This document shows, in pieces, positions 9,985 to 28,931 of a DNA stretch of 64,000 nucleotides (the first letter of the stretch is position 1; each line of letters starts with the position of its first letter). The DNA comes from Amoebidium appalachense (lineage: Eukaryota > Protista > Ichthyosporea): NCBI GenBank assembly GCA_963693365.1, contig CAVNZM010000005.1, forward strand, positions 1,612,001 to 1,676,000, in the 5' to 3' direction. The notes below the pieces were generated by a model. It worked only from the letters and a program-made list of their open reading frames with translations. It made no database searches and was not told where the DNA came from. Made by a program: the position numbers and the translations under genes.

Positions 9985-12666
9985 CTATTCGATTCTTCTT
10001 CTCCCCCCCGTCTGACTAGTTAACGGCAAAGCAAGCATACTATAATCCTTAATATAACGACGAAGATAATTAGTTAAACCTAAAAATTGCCTTAGTTGAG
10101 TGACAGTCTGAGGACGGGGCCACTCAACTATGGCCCGGATTTTCTCCGGATCAGGGGCAAGACCATTACTAGACACAATATGACCTAAAAACTTAACCTC
10201 CGGCACACCAATCACAGTCTTGCTACCGCTAATACGAAGACCAGACTCACCCAAAGCGAAAAATACTTTTTCACAATTATTAACTAACTCCTCAAATGAC
10301 CTACCTTTAATTAAAACATCATCCAAATAAGGGTGGCATACATCCAAATGAGGGTGGAGAATTTTATACATTACCCGGCACAACATAGCTGGAGAGGAGA
10401 GCAAACCCATCGGCACCACCTTGTACTGGAACAGCTGGTCACCCAGTGCAAAGGCAGTCTTCTCCTTGCTGCTCTCCTCCAACCTTATCTGCCAAAAAGC
10501 TGCTTTTAAATCAAGTTTAGCAAAGTGAGTATAGCCGTGCAGCTGTGAAAGCTGCTCGTCTATGTTAGGGAGAGGCCATTGGTCTGCCTTAGTGATCCGA
10601 TTCAGAGCCCTGTAATCGTTCACTAGACGCCAAGACCCGTCGGGCTTCTTAACCAATAGCACCGGACTTCTCCACGGACTCGAACTATGCTCCACATGAC
10701 CCTTTTTTAACATATCACTCACTATTATTAGAGCATCCGGCAATTTATACTGCTCCATTCTATAGCTAGGCATCACTACCGGCCTATTATCACCTGTGTC
10801 GATCTGCATTTCAAACCCTTTAACGAAGCCTACTTCGTTATCATCGGCCAGAAATGCAAACCGAGTCCTATCAAATAACTTAGCTAGCAATTTTTTCTGT
10901 TCTACCGTCCAATCCCCCTCCTTCATACCAAACGGCAATACTAACTCCGGGTTACCCCCATCACAAGTGGATGCATCCTTATTCACCGGAGTGCCACTTA
11001 ACATTTCACCTCCTGTATTACATCGGTGCTGCTCGGGGTGAGGTGGAGGTACCTCCGGATATAGGCGGTCACCCTTAGCACCCCCCCTCCCCCCGGCACA
11101 CCCATGCCCCCGGGCAATTCCTGATGAGTTAGTGCATGTATGTGGGGGGCCAGGTCTGTGGCCACCCTGCCCCCCCACGGTGTTGGTTAACCCGTCAGAT
11201 CCACGGGTTAGACCAACACCCTCCCCCCCTGCCTGCACATTCTCACACCCGGGGTGACCCTCCTTCCTCTTGGGGGTCGGGGGAGTGGGACCGGTGCTGT
11301 CCCGGTCCCCCCCCCCATCGTGTCGGGTGACATTTTGGTGGCTAACGTTAAATAAAGTTGTTCCCCCTCCTCCTGAGTCACCCTTCGAGCCGGCATCCTC
11401 CTTTTGGGTAATAAGAGAGACCTCTATACTACCAATCTCATTAGTGAAACTACCGACGGAAACACCTGACCTAATCACTATAGGCTCGATGCCCGGATTC
11501 ACTAATTCTATTTCTATTGTCTTATCCGGCCATACCCTACTAAGGGTCCATTGGGCCACCTCCTGAAATGGGGTTTTCGGAGTAAAAACCCCTAAATCCC
11601 CTATCCTAACATGATTGCCGGCCCGGACACGTACCGTTTGGCACTGATAAGGCTCGATTACTACTTCAGCTACCGTTCTAGCACCAGACTGATAACCGTC
11701 GAGCCCATCATGGGTTTTAATTTTAACGCCGGACTGCAATTCTAAAACATTCGTACGTTCAAACAAAGCATTCACATGTCTACGGAAAAATGGGGCTCCC
11801 AACAAAACACTTTGAGCTAAATCCTTAACCACATAACAAGCAATATGCATAGCCTGGCCACCTATCTCACACGGCAACACACAAACACCTTCCACAGACA
11901 TACTACTATTATTAGCACTACCTAAGGCTGTGCTAGAAGCATCTAAAATAGGAATTTCCCCCCCGGCCTGATTAAAACGACGAATAAACGAAGCATGCAC
12001 ACAATTAACCTGAGCCCCTCCATCGAGCAAAGCAACAGCCTTCAACTTACCATCAGCTAACCATACGTCTATATAATGCCGGCTAAAACCAACTAAATCC
12101 TCCTCCAATTCAAGCAACACATCATCACTCACACCCAATCCCTGCCCACGAAGACTTACACCCTCGATACCTACGTGTAACATACCTACCTGTGGTGCCT
12201 GCACGGGTGGGGTGGGGTGTGTATGTGGTGTGGGTGGTGGTGGAGTGTGTGTGTGTGATGTGTGGGTGGGTGGTGTGTGTGTGTTTGGTGTATGTGTGGG
12301 TGTGTGTGTGGGTGTAGGTGTGTCTGCAACCGTCGTATGTTGTTGTGGTGGTGTGTTTCTACGTGTCTGTGTCTTCCCCCCCCTTCCCCCTTTACTCGTG
12401 TGTGTCCCCCCCCCTCCCGGAAACAATGGCACAGAAACCCCCTCCGGTGTGGTTAGAATAAACACCGGGTTGGGACAAGAAACACTGAGACCATCCACTT
12501 GTGGCTGGGGAACCTCCCCCAACCACAAAACATTCACACCATTCATACCTTTGGTAGAGTCACCCCACAAACATTCATGCCATACCACCTCGACGCTGTC
12601 TTGAGGACCCACGACGATGCCCCTCGTCGAACTGCTGCTGCTGTCCGCTACGTCCACCACGCCCAC
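9985..12666 (-). CDS. pol: Pol N-terminal part: aspartic protease, dUTPase-like linker domain, reverse transcriptase
   Basis: ALLDGGAQVN...VLLGAPF (protease); SSSPWRSPVLLVKKPDGSWRLVNDYRALN, LDLKAAFWQI, PMGL and YLDDVLI (RT). Confidence 0.95.
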   Translation of the reverse strand: MGVVDVADSSSSSTRGIVVGPQDSVEVVWHECLWGDSTKGMNGVNVLWLGEVPQPQVDGLSVSCPNPVFILTTPEGVSVPLFPGGGGTHTSKGGRGGKTQTRRNTPPQQHTTVADTPTPTHTPTHTPNTHTPPTHTSHTHTPPPPTPHTHPTPPVQAPQVGMLHVGIEGVSLRGQGLGVSDDVLLELEEDLVGFSRHYIDVWLADGKLKAVALLDGGAQVNCVHASFIRRFNQAGGEIPILDASSTALGSANNSSMSVEGVCVLPCEIGGQAMHIACYVVKDLAQSVLLGAPFFRRHVNALFERTNVLELQSGVKIKTHDGLDGYQSGARTVAEVVIEPYQCQTVRVRAGNHVRIGDLGVFTPKTPFQEVAQWTLSRVWPDKTIEIELVNPGIEPIVIRSGVSVGSFTNEIGSIEVSLITQKEDAGSKGDSGGGGTTLFNVSHQNVTRHDGGGDRDSTGPTPPTPKRKEGHPGCENVQAGGEGVGLTRGSDGLTNTVGGQGGHRPGPPHTCTNSSGIARGHGCAGGRGGAKGDRLYPEVPPPHPEQHRCNTGGEMLSGTPVNKDASTCDGGNPELVLPFGMKEGDWTVEQKKLLAKLFDRTRFAFLADDNEVGFVKGFEMQIDTGDNRPVVMPSYRMEQYKLPDALIIVSDMLKKGHVEHSSSPWRSPVLLVKKPDGSWRLVNDYRALNRITKADQWPLPNIDEQLSQLHGYTHFAKLDLKAAFWQIRLEESSKEKTAFALGDQLFQYKVVPMGLLSSPAMLCRVMYKILHPHLDVCHPYLDDVLIKGRSFEELVNNCEKVFFALGESGLRISGSKTVIGVPEVKFLGHIVSSNGLAPDPEKIRAIVEWPRPQTVTQLRQFLGLTNYLRRYIKDYSMLALPLTSQTGGRRRIE

Positions 12667-12808
12667 GACCGCTGGTGTTTGAGTGTAAACTAAAAGCTGT
12701 TGTGTTTCTGGCGTCTATAGCTAGTGTGTGAACCTGTGGTATCTGTGTGTGCAGGGAGCTATCCTCCGCTGCCAACGCGTAGAACATATCTACGTGAAAC
12801 TTAGCCAT
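12575..12808 (-). CDS. Short 77-aa ORF1 in the gag position with an RG-rich tail
   Basis: First ATG after the 5' LTR (caccATGg context); overlaps the pol frame; no capsid or zinc-knuckle motif visible. Confidence 0.45.
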   Translation of the reverse strand: MAKFHVDMFYALAAEDSSLHTQIPQVHTLAIDARNTTAFSLHSNTSGRGRGGRSGQQQQFDEGHRRGSSRQRRGGMA

Positions 12809-12936
12809 GGTGTTGTGTGTGCCCTAGTTGAGAGGTTGTGTTTATGTTTGTGTTTTTGAGGTGTAGCAACGGCCCAGAAGGAACTGTCACCGCGTTACCC
12901 TAGCGCGAAAAACCGCACTAAAAGAAAGGTGTAGCT

Positions 12937-13642
12937 TGTCGTATCCTAATATATGTGTACTAGAGACGCGGCACTCTACTAAGTGTACACACACGAAAAG
13001 GAACGAACGTGTACGAAAAACGGTAAAGTTTATTAAGACCAGGCCCCGACGGGCAAACTTAGATCCGTACGGATTGAGTCTAAGTTACGACTGAGGCCAT
13101 CAAGGCCGTGCCCTCTAAGATCATCATCACCTGGCCCCCTACGATGCCACATTCCATTAACATTCCGATCTACTTTTATCGTGCGCCTGCACGAGCTAAG
13201 TCGATCTACTCAACTAATATATTTATCCAAGTCTCACCCTCACCCTCCCCCTAGTGGCACCGCAGAGTCTAAATCTACATTTCATACTATCCTCCCCCCC
13301 TCCCTCCCCCCCTTTCCTCTACATCTACATATATAAATACGTTTGGCAACATATACTATCAAACCTTGCCAATCCTTACAATAGGGCTTCTGCCCGAACA
13401 ATCACATTCCTAAGTCCTCCTACGATCTATCCTACACACTAATTAGAATTCTATTGGACGGCTGTCCCGGCTGACGTGGTCCAATGCCCTGCGCCGGCAG
13501 AGGCAAGATGCACGCAGCTGTACAGCTATCTTGAGGCCCCGGACTTGATCTTGATGATCTGTGGACCCGGGCCACCTCCCCCCCCCCCCCGATCTCGATC
13601 GTAGACTTAGGCTAATCTGCTGAGACGGATTAGTATATGTCA
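12937..13642 (-). repeat. 5' LTR
   Basis: Direct repeat of 6615-7343; contains CCAAT and TATTTATATA on the minus strand. Confidence 0.96.
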
Positions 13643-15139
13643 TCACTGATATGCGTGGGTATGGCAGGACTTATCATCACAGCCCTGGGAATAACTCCTG
13701 GGAATTCGATGTGCGTGGGCCGTTCTGAATTCGAAAGTCTACATGTAGGCTCTAATTTTAGCCTATGTACAGGTAGGAGTCAAGGACGTCTGTGCATACG
13801 TTGGACTCATGATCAAGCGACTGATTGAGTTCACCTACTGTGGCTATGTCTCTGCCTATGTATTTGCAAATTTTAAGTGACTCCATGATAAGAAAGAACA
13901 TTTACTACGGGTGAGTCCGCTGCATGAATCACGGAATTGTGCTGGCCCATCAGGCCAACCCGTCACCTGCGAAGCCTCGTGACAAAAAAGTTGATCAACC
14001 GTACCGCTCATGATCAGACTCATGATCATGATCTTGAACAACTTGAATGTGAGTCGTGAAATCTCTGTGGAATCCAAGAGCTTCAAGGTCACCGTGCACG
14101 TGGTTCGGATGATATGAAAGTACAGTAGGGCCGTAGTATTAGCCTGGGCCGAGCCCGGCTGTCGCCACGTGACGTGCGACGAGCTGGTAGTTGCCAGTGC
14201 GGCGCTGCCTTCCGGCAGCTCCTTCTAGCAGTCAGGTAGGCTCGTTCACATGGCGGCCCAACTTTCAAACACTGGCATTTGCGTAGACCGGGCTGCTTTC
14301 GAATTCGCGCGCACAAAGTACAATAGCCAGTGCGGCGCTGTCTTCCGGCAGCTCCTTGTAGCATTCATTTTGGGGCGTTGATCATTTCGGGGCGTTAAAC
14401 CAACCACCGCTTCTCCCATTTTATCGTCTGGGCGCTGACCAGCCAAGAGCTGTGTATCTTGAACAGGGGGGGGATTACGGAAAAAAATCGTCGTAATTAC
14501 GATTAACGAAAGACCCCGATACAAATAAGGTTAGGCCCTGTGCCGTCGTAACAGCTTTCGTATCAGATGCATAGCATTATAAAAGCTTTAAGGCCCCCTA
14601 ATATCTAACTGTACCTTATTTTTTCAATATTTCTGTTCAAGAACATATCTACAGCGCTTCTCATAAGCAATATCGAACCCCGACAAGTGTCCAGGGCTTG
14701 TAAATTTGCGATACAGTATGCGTCCACGCATAACATACTCCACGCACAACATAACGTCGACGCCGATTTTCAAAAATCTTAACATACTGACCTCGGTCAT
14801 TTTTCGGGATTATGTTAGCGCACCAAGGGGTCCTATACATAGTAGGACGAGTAATCGGGTTTATCTGGTCAGTTTAGACCCCCTATGTTTAGTATTTCGA
14901 TCTCTTTCCCAGACAAAACAGTGGTTCGCCGTGATTTCAACGACCGCCCAAAGCTCGCCAGGGCCAATGATAGGCGGCGGCCGCACATCGCATGGTATGC
15001 AAAGGACTCATGTGGCAGACTATGTCGATAAACGAGCAGAAACATACGAAGGCCCTAACTAGTTCGAAGCAGTCTTGTATAGCTAGTTTTTACATCCTAG
15101 TCATATAGGCAGGTTGAATGCATATTAAACCCACCGATC

Positions 15140-15741
15140 ATGACCAAGCCAGTAGTCCAGGTGCAGGCAGCAGCACTTGGGGCGTTGAATAGTGCACTGC
15201 ACACAGTAAATGAGGCCACAGACAAGTTTCAGGAAACTACCCAAGAAGCCCAAGCAATCATTTCTGAGGGTTTTGTAAACGCAAACAACACAATCAACAA
15301 CGCAACCACACGTGCAATTGCACAAGCCGAAACGGCAAAAGCACAATTGCGCTCGCACATGGAGAGTTTAGAGAGCCGCAGAGCCCCCACACGCGCGGAA
15401 TCGCTGAGTCTTTTCCGTGTGAGTTACGGTAATGGTTTGGAGCTTGATGAAACCCTGAATACGGATTTGTATGAGGCAAAGGGGGAGGGGTTGCCTCTTA
15501 CTCGTGTAGGTGTGTGGTGCCAAATTCGTGGTGTGAGAGTAAGGTGGGGGGGTTTACGCTGTTTACTCGAGGCAAAGAGAACCAGTCTCAGGTATGGGGG
15601 GGGGTTTTGCTCGGAATATCCCCTCAGCGGTATATCATGATCACGTACATAGATGTCGGGTGGTGACTATATATCAGGGTTTACTTTCTCTACGAGACAC
15701 CATAAAGACTACAAGGAGAAATCAATTAGTTGGGGTTCCCC

Positions 15742-15742
<1 letters not shown>
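15140..15742 (+). pseudogene. Cargo gene: Ala/Thr/Gln-rich coiled coil followed by a possible fibrinogen-like/lectin domain; frameshifted and interrupted
   Basis: The ORF MTKPVVQ... is heptad-like. VWCQI...GG|FTLFTRG across a poly-G shift weakly resembles the YCDxxxxGGGWT motif. The reading frame resumes at 17720 (SWGSP|PDGEAQCG). Confidence 0.45.
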
Positions 15743-17712
<1,970 letters not shown>

Positions 17713-17772
17713 TTCCCCGCCCGATGGAGAGGCCCAGTGTGGCCTCCTGGGCGGGCGGGAGGGCGGGCGGGG

Positions 17773-17811
<39 letters not shown>

Positions 17812-18059
17812 AACATAATCGAGACGGGCTCTGGGAGCCTATTTTTAGATACTAATTAAAATTTAACATAACGACCTCGACCCTTGTCGGGGCGGTATGT
17901 TATGCGTGGACGCATACTGTACTGAATTTGTAAAAACGCGTAAGGTTCGCCCCGTTCGGCTCGCTACGCTCACTAGTTATCTGAACGCATTCCAAGATCC
18001 AATATTAAAATATCCATTCCCAATCATGTACCGTGTCAGTTTTTCAAGTTAGGCGCGCA

Positions 18060-18958
18060 CAGGGTTAGACAATACCCGGAAAATACCCTACAAAATACCC
18101 CACCCGGAAAACAAAATACCCCACTTGCAGAGGGACGGGGTACTCTACCTTGGGCGACTAGGGTATTATGGGGTACACAAGGGTTATAGGGTATACATAC
18201 AAGGTTTTTGTGTCTATATATGTCTGCCTGGCTGCCTCTGTGCCATGCATACTTGCATATCTTTCCGTCGAATAAATCCAGTCAAAAGAAAAAGTTACCT
18301 ACATGAAAAAGCACTCTTTCTGGGGGTCTATTCAATCCCGGATATTGAGGGCATCGATTCCACTTGTCTATCTCTAAAATGAAATATCTCGTTCTATCGT
18401 CACAATGCCTATTTGGAATTCAATCAGTGAAGGCTTTGGGGCGGGCTCGGGCGGACCCGGGGCCCGCCAGCCGGGGGAGAAGATGGGGGCCCCGGCCGGA
18501 GAGAGAGAGAGGGGAGGGGGAGGGGGGGGGGGGGGGTACAGGGGGGGTTGTTAAGATTAGGAAGGCTATTATCAGTATTGCGTAAGGGAGGGTTGAAAGG
18601 TGCTTGCCTAGCAACACAATGTCTCTATGCTGAGATAAACAGGCGAATATAACACCTAAACGAAAGTATTAGACTGGCTGTCTCAGGTTATAATGGTGCG
18701 GGTAGGAGCGGTAGGCGGGTGGTTACATGCGTGGTGAAAAACAAGACTGAGTTTTCACCAGAACCATGTGTGTTTTGGCTTCTCGGGCTGCCAGGTACAG
18801 GATATATTTACATATTAGCAGATAGGTATGCATAAATATATCTGATTTATCCAAAGTATGTTTATCCCGGAAATACCCCACCTTTCGCGAGGCCAAAATG
18901 CGTGACGTCACAAAACCTTGGAAAATACCCGACTGTGAAACCCAAATGTCGAACCCTG
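18060..18958 (+). mobile_element. hAT-like non-autonomous TIR element, copy 1
   Basis: Termini CAGGGTTAGACA ... TGTCGAACCCTG; aatacc subterminal repeats; both ends are homologous to 25541-27837. Confidence 0.8.
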
Positions 18959-18989
18959 CTCACATGCGCACTACAAAGAATAACACGAT

Positions 18990-19384
18990 CGTCATTTTTA
19001 ATCTTCCGCCAACGTACCGCAGTGCTAATTTTGATCTGGAACCTTATACATAGGGGATTTTTGAAACTGAGAAGTCCATCGAATTCTAGCGGAATTTTGC
19101 AGATTTCACACAATTTTTCTAATAGAACAAAGTTTTGGGTATTAGGAAAGTTTGTAGGGGATGAAAAGGCGCGCAACAATGATTTATAAATAGATTATCG
19201 GGGTGGTCCGATGCTTCCTTCATCCTCAAAATCAACAAAAACCGTCCACCCTTGTCCTGGGTTTCGAGGCGTTGCCAGGCTCACTCGCGGGCCGAGCGGA
19301 ACGCGGTTCGCCCCGTTTGGTTCGCTACGCTCACCAGAGGCTGGCACATTCCCGATCGCCATTTTTAATTTTCCGCCAACCGCG
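18990..19384 (+). repeat. ~370-bp tandem repeat unit with GC hairpins; the second unit is split by a TE and resumes at 25003-25245
   Basis: 19020-19265 aligns by eye with 25010-25245; the ggttcgccccg...cgctacgctcac motif also occurs at ~17944-17973. Confidence 0.8.
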
Positions 19385-25002
<5,618 letters not shown>

Positions 25003-25540
25003 CAACCGCGGCGCTAGTCTTGACCTGGAATCCTATAGGGGATTTTTGAAACTGAGAAGTCCAACGAATTCAAGCGGAATTTTGCATTCACACAATTTTT
25101 CTAAGAAAACAAGGTTTTAGGTATTAGGAAAGTTTGTAGGGGATGTAAAGGCGCGCAACAATGATTTAGATGGTTGGGGATGTCCGAAGCTTCCTTCATC
25201 CTCAAAATCAGCAAAAACCGTCCGACCTTGTCCCGGTTCGCCGGCCATCACAGGGGGATATCTACGCTTAACAGCACGCACATCACTAATAGTATGTTCC
25301 GCCAGCTCAAAGGCATGCGCACCACCAGCCCTTGCGCACCGGCCACGATCATCATTATGAATCTCCCTCCAACCTCGCTCTGTGGGGTGGTCAGAGTAAG
25401 AACCGTGTTTCGACGACAATGGGAATGTAAGTCGCATGTTGCTATGGAACGAAATCTGCCTCGATTTGATTGGTTCGGCATGTCAGCCATTGAACCCCAC
25501 CAATCAAATCGAGGCAAACTTTGGACATCCGGCTCACATC

Positions 25541-25676
25541 CAGGGTTAGACAATACCCCAAAAATACCCTAAAAAATACCCCGCTGCCAGAAAAAAATAC
25601 CCCGCCTGGAAGAGGCTGGGGTACACTACCCTTCCTGCGTAGGGTACGTGGCCGGATAGTGGAGTGTACATATAGC

Positions 25677-25711
<35 letters not shown>

Positions 25712-25712
25712 T

Positions 25713-25752
<40 letters not shown>

Positions 25753-26433
25753 CTTTTCTTTTAACTCGGGTTTATTGATCCCCCCGAAGCGCCAGCTGGG
25801 GTGGGAATTCGGTGATAGGCTATTATTTTCATGCATGGGATAGTTCGCTCGGTTATCCCGCACTCAGCAGTCAAGTAAAATGAATTTTGGCTACCGTAAT
25901 GGTAAAATTGGGGAACCTTTTGACATAATCTTAAGGTTTTGGGGGCTTTTTGTTGACATTAAGTTACAAATGTCATGGCCTTACACCAGTCTGATGGTTA
26001 TTTTCGTTTTTTTTTTTTTTTGGCGCGAAACTCCCTCCCTTCAGTCAAAACACAGTTTAAGTCAGTTGTCAGGTGACTCAGAGCCGGTTTTTTTTTAAGT
26101 TCTCACGTGTCACGCTTTCACCCGTGTTGTTTTTGGGCCCTTTCGCTGTAGGTCACTCTCTCCATGAGCCCCTGTGGCTGCCAGCACTCGGCAGCCTGAC
26201 CATCGCTTTTCAGATGGGAAGGAGCAGTCGAAGCCTGGCCCTAAAAGACTCAAGTTGGGCGATTTTCTTAAACACGCTGCGGTGGTCAAGGCAAAGAAGG
26301 CCAAGCAGTCTGGTACGGTTGCCACTGAAAAGTCTGTGGGCCAGGAATCGGGTGCTAATATTTCGGTTGCCAAGGAGGTGGCGGAGGTGGTGGAGGAAAA
26401 TGCAGCCGTTTCTAACCCCCCGGCCCGGGGGAA

Positions 26434-26479
<46 letters not shown>

Positions 26480-26932
26480 GGGACAACGAGAGGGATATTA
26501 CGTTGGAACTGGAAAGAAGGCCCAGTTGCCTGTAGGCGGAGTAGACAGGCAGAGAGAGAGCTGGGAGGGTAGTGAGGGAGGGGGTGGGGGTGGGGGGAGA
26601 GGGGGAGGCTTCGGAGAGAAAGAGAGACCGGGGCACCGTGAGAGAGGGGGAGAGAGAGAGACAAAGAGACTCTCGGGGAGAGAGGGAGAGAGAGAAAGTA
26701 GAGAGGGAGAAGAGAGAGAGAGAGAGACTGAGAGAGAGAGATATATATATATATATATTAAGAGCGAGGGATTGAAAGCTGCCTGAGAGAGAGACTCGGG
26801 GCGGGGGGGAGGGGGGGGGGGGGGGGGGAAGGGGGGGAGACGGTGAGAGAGAGAGACCGAGAGACAGAGAGAGGGAGAGGAGGAAGAACGTGAAGAGAGA
26901 GAGACTGTCCGAAAAGCCTGGGGGAAGAGGGG

Positions 26933-26975
<43 letters not shown>

Positions 26976-26980
26976 AGAGT

Positions 26981-27042
<62 letters not shown>

Positions 27043-27179
27043 GAAAGAAAGAGAGAGACTGGGGGGGGGGGGGGGGGGGGGGAGAGATAGAGAGATAGAG
27101 AGAGAGACCGAAAGAAAGAGAGAGCCTGGGGGGGAGGGGGAGAGAGAGAGAGGGAGAGAGGCAGAGAGAGGGAGGGAGG

Positions 27180-27265
<86 letters not shown>

Positions 27266-27837
27266 CGGAGAGAGAGAGAGAGACTTCAGATCTCTAGAAG
27301 GAGGTGCGCGGGCGCCCCAAGAGAGGAAGTGACCGTAAGAGAAATCCTCAGGAGAAAGACTTATCTAAGAAACGACCACCGTTGAAGCTAGAGACACGGA
27401 GAGAACTTAGCACACAGGAATAGGTGCGAATGTGGTGACACTAAGCAAAGCTTTTCAGCGGGCCTCAGGCTATTCATTAAAGTTAGTCAGCAACACAATG
27501 TCTCTATCCTGAGATGAACAGGCGATTATAACACCTAAACGAAAGTTAGACTGGCTGTCTCAGGTTATAATGGTGCGGGTAGGCGAGTGTGACATGTGTG
27601 CTCAGTGAAAACAAAATCCCTGAGTTTCAAAAGCACCTGTATCAAGTGTGATTTGGCTTCAGAGGGGCTGCCCGCCAGTGGATATATTTACATATTAGCG
27701 GATAGGTATACAAAGGTTTATCTGATCTATCCAAAGTACGTATATCCTGGAAATACCCCACCTTTCGCGAGCCCAAAATGGATGACGTCACAAAACTTCG
27801 GAAAATATCCGACTTGAAACCCAAATGTCGAACCCTG
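25541..27837 (+). mobile_element. hAT-like non-autonomous TIR element, copy 2 (longer, filled with (GA)n)
   Basis: Same termini as 18060-18958; 27490-27837 matches 18610-18958; an internal Lys/Glu-rich ORF fragment lies at 26174-26430. Confidence 0.8.
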
Positions 27838-28664
27838 GACGTGAGCTATGATTGGCTTGTCGAATCATCGACAATCGCGTCTACCAATTATCGCGAGCTT
27901 TGCAGTCAGGCCGAGCCAGTTTTTAAAAAATTTAATTTGACCAGTGCCCACAATAATGCTTATGATCCTTAGCCGAGTTTATAGGCCAACAAAAACGAGA
28001 TTTATTTAAGTTTTTTATTACTTAATTTATCATCCTTTTTTCTACTGTTATGTCAACACTGTAAACGCATAAGCCAAACACGACACCGAAAATTTTAAAA
28101 AGTGATGATTAGCAGTAGAGCACGCGATATACCCGTGACGTGGTGAATGCCACCGGAGCGCGGCAAATTCGCGGCAAATTCACATGTTGGCGATGCATCA
28201 AGAAGGTCCCCCAACATTCCTTAGCATTTTGCTTAAATATAACTAGTAGATAATCTAAATAACAATCCAAATTAAAGAAACAATTAGATTTTACTATTTA
28301 TGTACATTATTTGACTATTTTTTGCCTTTACGGCGATAGCATTGAACACTCCCTCCGCCCCCCCTCCCGGCTCAGTAACTTGCCGGCCGGCATGGCCCCA
28401 GCTTTTTGAATTGACGTGAGCTATGATTGGCTTGTCGACATCGACAATCGCGTCTACCAATTATCGCGAGCTTTGCAGTCAGGCCGAGCCGGTTTTTAAA
28501 CTTTTTAATTTGACCAGTGCCCACAATAATGTTGTTGATCCTTAGCCGAGTTTATAGGCCAACAAATTTATTTATTTAAGTTTTTTATTACTTAATTTAT
28601 CATCCTTTTTTCTACTGTTATGTCAACACTGTAAACGCATAAGCCAAACACGACACCGAAAATT
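27838..28664 (+). repeat. Two ~255-bp direct repeats (27838-28094 and 28413-28664) around a ~320-bp spacer
   Basis: Both copies run from gacgtgagctatgattgg to cgacaccgaaaatt with few differences. Confidence 0.9.
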
Positions 28665-28931
28665 CCCTAGGCAAAATAATGTACAAATATAAATGTAAAG
28701 CTGCATTTGATTGGATATTTAGAGAAAAGTTTTGCTTATATCACGGCACTCTAAAAGCCTCTGCATTCATGGCTTTCTCCAGGCTCCCACGCATATATAT
28801 GACAAAAGCAAGTTGTCCGTAGCCGATAGTATGAAGTCGTACGTACTCATCTCGTCCAATATTCAGCAACGAAAAGCCATCAGCATATATACGTCTTGTC
28901 CAACTTCCATCAGCCTTGGTGAACGTTCACA

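Larger units (their letters stand above)
6615..13642 (-). mobile_element. Ty3/Gypsy LTR retrotransposon (chromovirus), recent insertion
   Basis: Two near-identical LTRs with TG...CA ends; 5-bp TSD TCACT at 6610-6614 and 13643-13647; polypurine tract next to the 3' LTR; domain order PR-RT-RH-IN-chromodomain. Confidence 0.97.

Noticed and set aside
9470-10010. Programmed frameshifts or inactivation within pol
   Set aside because: Both breaks lie in G/C homopolymers, and single-base corrections appear to restore the frame; sequencing error is more likely.
13650-14530. Possible minus-strand gene and a 38-bp direct repeat (14193 and 14326)
   Set aside because: No coherent ORF or recognisable domain; the repeat alone is uninformative.
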